64,000 nt of DNA, taken from NCBI GenBank assembly GCA_963772255.1, contig CAVYWK010000022.1, positions 242,525 to 306,524 on the forward strand, given 5' to 3'. This document shows, one piece after another, positions 60,452 to 64,000 of the stretch. The stretch is from an uncultured Acidobacteriota bacterium. Its GTDB lineage: Bacteria; Acidobacteriota; UBA4820; DSQY01. The stretch's first letter is position 1. Each line of letters opens with the position of its first letter. Below the pieces are notes generated by a model. The model had not been told where the DNA came from and did not search any database. It was given only the letters and a program-made list of their open reading frames with translations. The position numbers and the translations under genes were made by a program.

Positions 60452-61930
60452 ATGAAAAGACATGGGGAATGGGTAGAACGGACGCTGGTTGCCGCGGTGG
60501 TGGTGGGCACGGGAGTTCTTGCCGCGGCGCAGGGACAATCTGCCGCCGTGGACGCGCTGGTCACCAAGTATGCCCAACTGGGTCAATTCAACGGAACGGT
60601 GCTGGTGGCCCGCGAGGGGAAGGTCGTTCTGGAGAAGGGCTACGGCATGGCCAACTTCGAGAACTCGGTCCCCAACCGGGCGGAGACCAAGCAGTGGATC
60701 GGTTCCGTCACCAAAGTTTTCACAGCCACGGCAGTGATGAAGCTTGCCGATGGCGGGAAGCTCAGCCTGGAAGACCGGGTCGCCGACCTCCTGCCATGGT
60801 ACCGGAAGGACACCGGCGCCAAGGTGACGGTGCGCGAGTTGCTCAATCACACGTCCGGGATCCCGGATTACATGCACCTTCCAGGAATCGGCAGGGAGGG
60901 CTTTCGCAAGGAGGCCGGAGAGGGTGTCATCGACGTGAAGGCCTTCGTTCAGAGATGGTGCAGCGGCGACCTCGCTTGGGAGCCGGGCACCCGGTGGGGG
61001 TACAGCAACTCGGGTTACGTCCTGCTGGGGGCCATCATTGAGCAGGTCACGGGGCGGACCTTCGACCAGGTTCTCCGGGAACTCGTCCTGGGACCGGCGG
61101 GTCTAGAGGCAACGGGAGACCTCGCCATGAGGCCTCGGGCGGTGGTGGACGGCCTGGCCAGCGGCTATGAGAAAGCCGGCGGAGCGCTGGTCACAAGGCG
61201 GGCGTGGAACGTCTCCACGGCCTATGCCGCGGGGGCCATGGTCTCCACCGTGGGCGACCTCTACCGCCTGGACCGGGCCCTCGACCGGCCGGGCTTCCTC
61301 TCCCCCCAGGCGAAGGAGGCCATGTTCACGGCCGGTCTCGGAAACTGGGGCTGCGGGTGGGAGGTGCGGACTCTGCCCGTGGGGCCCGGCGGGGCGGAGC
61401 GGAAGGTCGCGGGCCACGAGGGATTCATTTTCTGGACCCTCACGCGCATCTGCCGGATTCCCCAGGACAGAATCTTCATCGCGCTCGTTAACAACACGGG
61501 GGACGCTCCATTGCAGCCGCTGCTGGGGGGCATCACGGACATACTCTACGGTCGACCGCCCAAGCTTCCGGTGCCCTCCGTGGGCGACGCGCTCCGCGAG
61601 GCCATCGCCGCGGGCGGCCCCTCCGCCGCAGCGCCCAAATTCCGGGATCTCAGAGCCAAAGATCCCGCGGGGTGGGACTTTGGCGAGCGGGCCGTGAACG
61701 CCCTGGGGTATGAGTACCTTCAGGGCGGCCATCCCGGCGAGGCGGTGGCTGTCTTTCGCCTCAACGTGGAGGTGAACCCCCTGTCGGGAAACGCGTGGGA
61801 CAGCCTCGGCGAGGGCCTGGCGGCCCAGGGCAAGCGCGAGGAGGCCGTGAAGGCCTACGCCCACGCCCTCGAGCTGGACCCCGGGAACCGGAACGCCGTC
61901 CAGATGCTCCAAAAAATCACGGCGGACTGA
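60452..61930 (+). CDS. Serine hydrolase (beta-lactamase/PBP-like) with C-terminal TPR
   Basis: Signal peptide, SVTK (SxxK), LLNHTSG, YSN, AAG and C-terminal NALGY..NAWDSLGE. Confidence 0.9.
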   Translation: MKRHGEWVERTLVAAVVVGTGVLAAAQGQSAAVDALVTKYAQLGQFNGTVLVAREGKVVLEKGYGMANFENSVPNRAETKQWIGSVTKVFTATAVMKLADGGKLSLEDRVADLLPWYRKDTGAKVTVRELLNHTSGIPDYMHLPGIGREGFRKEAGEGVIDVKAFVQRWCSGDLAWEPGTRWGYSNSGYVLLGAIIEQVTGRTFDQVLRELVLGPAGLEATGDLAMRPRAVVDGLASGYEKAGGALVTRRAWNVSTAYAAGAMVSTVGDLYRLDRALDRPGFLSPQAKEAMFTAGLGNWGCGWEVRTLPVGPGGAERKVAGHEGFIFWTLTRICRIPQDRIFIALVNNTGDAPLQPLLGGITDILYGRPPKLPVPSVGDALREAIAAGGPSAAAPKFRDLRAKDPAGWDFGERAVNALGYEYLQGGHPGEAVAVFRLNVEVNPLSGNAWDSLGEGLAAQGKREEAVKAYAHALELDPGNRNAVQMLQKITAD

Positions 61931-61935
61931 CCCAC

Positions 61936-62024
61936 TGGACAACCGCCCCGTTTTGTGCTAGAGTCTCTTTGCACACTTTAGCAAACGGTTTGTTGAGGTG
62001 GTTGTAGCAACGTAGGAGTGTCAA
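61936..62024 (+). promoter_or_regulatory. csp-1 promoter and 5' leader
   Basis: TGGACA-17-TAGAGT with TG extension. Leader is nearly identical to that of csp-2. Confidence 0.65.
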
Positions 62025-62231
62025 GTGGTAAACGGAATTGTGAAGTGGTTCGACGAGAAGAAGGGCTATGGCTTCATCACGGTTGAAGGCGGCAAGGATG
62101 CCTTCGTCCATCACAGCAACATCGAGGGCAGCGGCTTCAAGACCCTCGCCGAGGGGCAGAACGTGACCCTCGAAGTGACCCAGGGTGCCAAAGGCCCCCA
62201 GGCGGAGCAGGTCCGCGTCGTCAACAGCTGA
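62025..62231 (+). CDS. csp: Cold-shock protein
   Basis: [12 protein letters not shown] (RNP1), FVHHS (RNP2), GFKTL and KGPQA. Confidence 0.97.
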   Translation: MVNGIVKWFDEKKGYGFITVEGGKDAFVHHSNIEGSGFKTLAEGQNVTLEVTQGAKGPQAEQVRVVNS

Positions 62232-62256
62232 CCTGATCCACACCCAGGTAAGTTGA

Positions 62257-62283
62257 AAGGGGCCTTCGGGCCCCTTATTTTTT
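62257..62283 (+). terminator. Intrinsic terminator
   Basis: AAGGGGCC-TTCG-GGCCCCTT followed by a T-rich tail. Confidence 0.85.
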
Positions 62284-62289
62284 GGGGAT

Positions 62290-62378
62290 TTGAAACGGTC
62301 AAAGTTCTGTGCTAACATCACCGCGCACACTTTAACAAACGGTTTGTTGAGGTGATGTACCAGCACTAGGAGTGTCAA
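62290..62378 (+). promoter_or_regulatory. csp-2 promoter and 5' leader
   Basis: TTGAAA-17-TAACAT with TG extension, offset 354 bp from the first copy. Confidence 0.7.
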
Positions 62379-62585
62379 GTGGTAAACGGAATTGTGAAGT
62401 GGTTCGACGAAAAGAAGGGCTACGGCTTCATCACGGTCGACGGCGGCAAGGACGCCTTCGTCCATCACAGCAACATCGAGGGCACCGGTTTCAAGACCCT
62501 CGTCGAGGGCCAGAAGGTCACCCTCGTGGTCACCCAGGGCGCCAAAGGCCCCCAGGCGGAGCAGGTCCGCGTCGTCAACGACTAG
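62379..62585 (+). CDS. csp: Cold-shock protein (tandem paralogue)
   Basis: Same motifs, only a few substitutions relative to the first copy. Confidence 0.97.
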   Translation: MVNGIVKWFDEKKGYGFITVDGGKDAFVHHSNIEGTGFKTLVEGQKVTLVVTQGAKGPQAEQVRVVND

Positions 62586-62612
62586 CCTGCGCGCCAGTCA
62601 GGATAGCGATTC

Positions 62613-62637
62613 AAGGGGCCTTCGGGCCCCTTTTTTT
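62613..62637 (+). terminator. Intrinsic terminator
   Basis: Same AAGGGGCC-TTCG-GGCCCC stem followed by T7. Confidence 0.9.
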
Positions 62638-62714
62638 CCGCCTGGGACCCGCCTGAGATAGAATGGCCAAGGTCGAGGCGGATCGAGTCGAGGATTTTGC
62701 AGGAGGAGGACCGC

Positions 62715-62949
62715 ATGGCCCACCCGGGAGCATACCGCGGCAACAAGCGGCAGAAGGAAATCAAGCGATCTGGAGAAGCAAAAGGAGAAACGGGAGAAAC
62801 GCCAGCTCAAGAAGGCCGACGGATCCCCCATGGACGACGGCGTCCCCGAATTTCCGCTGGACGGACCCATTCTGCCCGAGGGATTCGTTGGGGAAGAACC
62901 CCCTGAGCCTGAAGTGCCGGGCCCACCCCCCGAGCCCGAGACTCCGTAG
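62715..62949 (+). pseudogene. Small basic-then-acidic/Pro-rich protein with a +1 frameshift
   Basis: RBS aggaggagga. Removing T62769 gives a 77-aa ORF: MAHPGAYRGNKRQKEIKRLEKQKEKREKRQLKK...EEPPEPEVPGPPPEPETP. Confidence 0.6.
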
Positions 62950-63368
62950 GTCTCAGCGCACGCCGCCGCACACCACGCCGCGCTCCATCCGGGGCCGGGC
63001 CGGGTTTCCCCGAGCCCCAAGCCCCATCCTCCCGATTCTTTCTTGCCGCCCCTGCCCGTCGCCAAGATTCTGGGCATCGCCATGGCTGCCCTTGACGGCC
63101 CTGCGGCTCAGGCCCGCCCGGGCGAGGTCCTTCGCGGTCCATCATGGGAAATTCATAAGTATTTACAGCTAGTTACGCCGGTTTCCCGCGATGCCATCCT
63201 GCCGGAAATATTCGTTCCCATGAGTCCGTTATTCCAGCCCTGTTTAGAAGGAGGACTGGTACCGAGCGTATGAGTGGGGGGCGGCCCACCGGATTCCCGT
63301 GGGCAGGAAGCCACTGTTCCTAACCGCCTTTTTCTCGTCCCGGGCAGGACCGGGACCGGAGGTACCCC

Positions 63369-64000
63369 ATGCAACCGAAGGTCGACGAAAAAAAGCTGAA
63401 CCTCTTCCTTGAGAAAATGCTGGAGGATATCGGCGCCGCCATGAGCGCCTCTCTGGTGGTCATTGGGGACAAGTTGGGCCTCTACAAGGTCCTCGCCCAG
63501 GGCGGACCCCTGGCCCCCATCGATCTGGCCAGAGCCACGGGCACAAACGAACGCTATGTCCGGGAGTGGCTGGCCAACCAGGCGGCTGGCGGCTACGTCT
63601 CCTACGATCCGAAAGCCCGATCCTACTACCTCTCACCCGAACAATCGGCCCTTCTCGCCGACGAGACGAGCGCCCACTTCATTCCTGGGGCCTTTGAGAT
63701 CATCACCTCCACCGCGAAGGACCAACCTCGCATCGAGCAACGCTTCCGAACGGGGGCGGGGCTGGAGTGGGGAGATCACGATCCCGGCCTCTTCCATGGC
63801 ACCGAGCGGTTCTTCGGGCCCAACTATGCGACGCACCTGGTCAAATCCTGGATCCCCGCCTTGGACGGGGTGGAGGACAAGCTGAAGCGGGGCATCGAAG
63901 TGGCCGACGTGGGTTGCGGCCACGGCATCTCCACGATCCTCATGGCCCAAGCCTATCCCAAGTCCCATTTTGTGGGTTATGACTACCACGAGGCTTCCAT
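63369..64000 (+). CDS. Class I SAM-dependent methyltransferase with N-terminal winged helix, 3' partial (not in ORF track)
   Basis: Read by hand: IGDKLGLYK, TNERYVREWL and VADVGCGHG. RBS ggagg. Runs off the window edge. Confidence 0.92.
   Translation, partial: MQPKVDEKKLNLFLEKMLEDIGAAMSASLVVIGDKLGLYKVLAQGGPLAPIDLARATGTNERYVREWLANQAAGGYVSYDPKARSYYLSPEQSALLADETSAHFIPGAFEIITSTAKDQPRIEQRFRTGAGLEWGDHDPGLFHGTERFFGPNYATHLVKSWIPALDGVEDKLKRGIEVADVGCGHGISTILMAQAYPKSHFVGYDYHEAS

Noticed and set aside
62598-63172. ORFs 62598-63083(-), 62663-63172(+) and 62807-63145(+)
   Set aside because: No motifs or clear RBS, and they overlap the better-supported frameshifted small gene. No tRNA-like structure seen in 62950-63368.
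63463-63989. ORFs 63463-63885, 63633-63989 and 63767-63982
   Set aside because: Shadows of the methyltransferase that starts at 63369.

Overview
High-GC bacterial chromosome segment (GC not computed) containing the replication origin: dnaA-[oriC]-dnaN-recF-gyrB-gyrA. Acidobacteriota is my tentative inference, from the DnaA GGKHHTT helix and the gene content. Head-to-head with dnaA, where rpmH-rnpA usually sits, is an 11-gene, almost fully translationally coupled ~10-kb operon. It encodes Ppx/GppA, two thymidylate-kinase-fold paralogues (one intact P-loop, one degenerate), a Lys-rich basic protein, a metallophosphoesterase, a CYTH-CHAD protein, a 2+2 ABC system and a SET-domain protein. I read it as a polyphosphate module with a probable heteromeric PPK3-type kinase. 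Right of gyrA is an AmmeMemoRadiSam (amrS, amrB-amrA) / spermidine-synthase-like / Fe-S / DUF362 module whose members mostly carry export signals, bracketed by two 111-aa Cys-motif paralogues that align without gaps. Further right are a hypD glycyl-radical operon with nearby peptidases, a Tat-signal TldD/TldE pair, gapN, an ECF sigma/anti-sigma unit and a tandem csp duplication with a conserved leader. Four genes carry single-base frameshifts, possibly consensus errors. I saw no rRNA, tRNA, CRISPR array, IS element or prophage. All calls come from motif recognition by eye; no searches were run.
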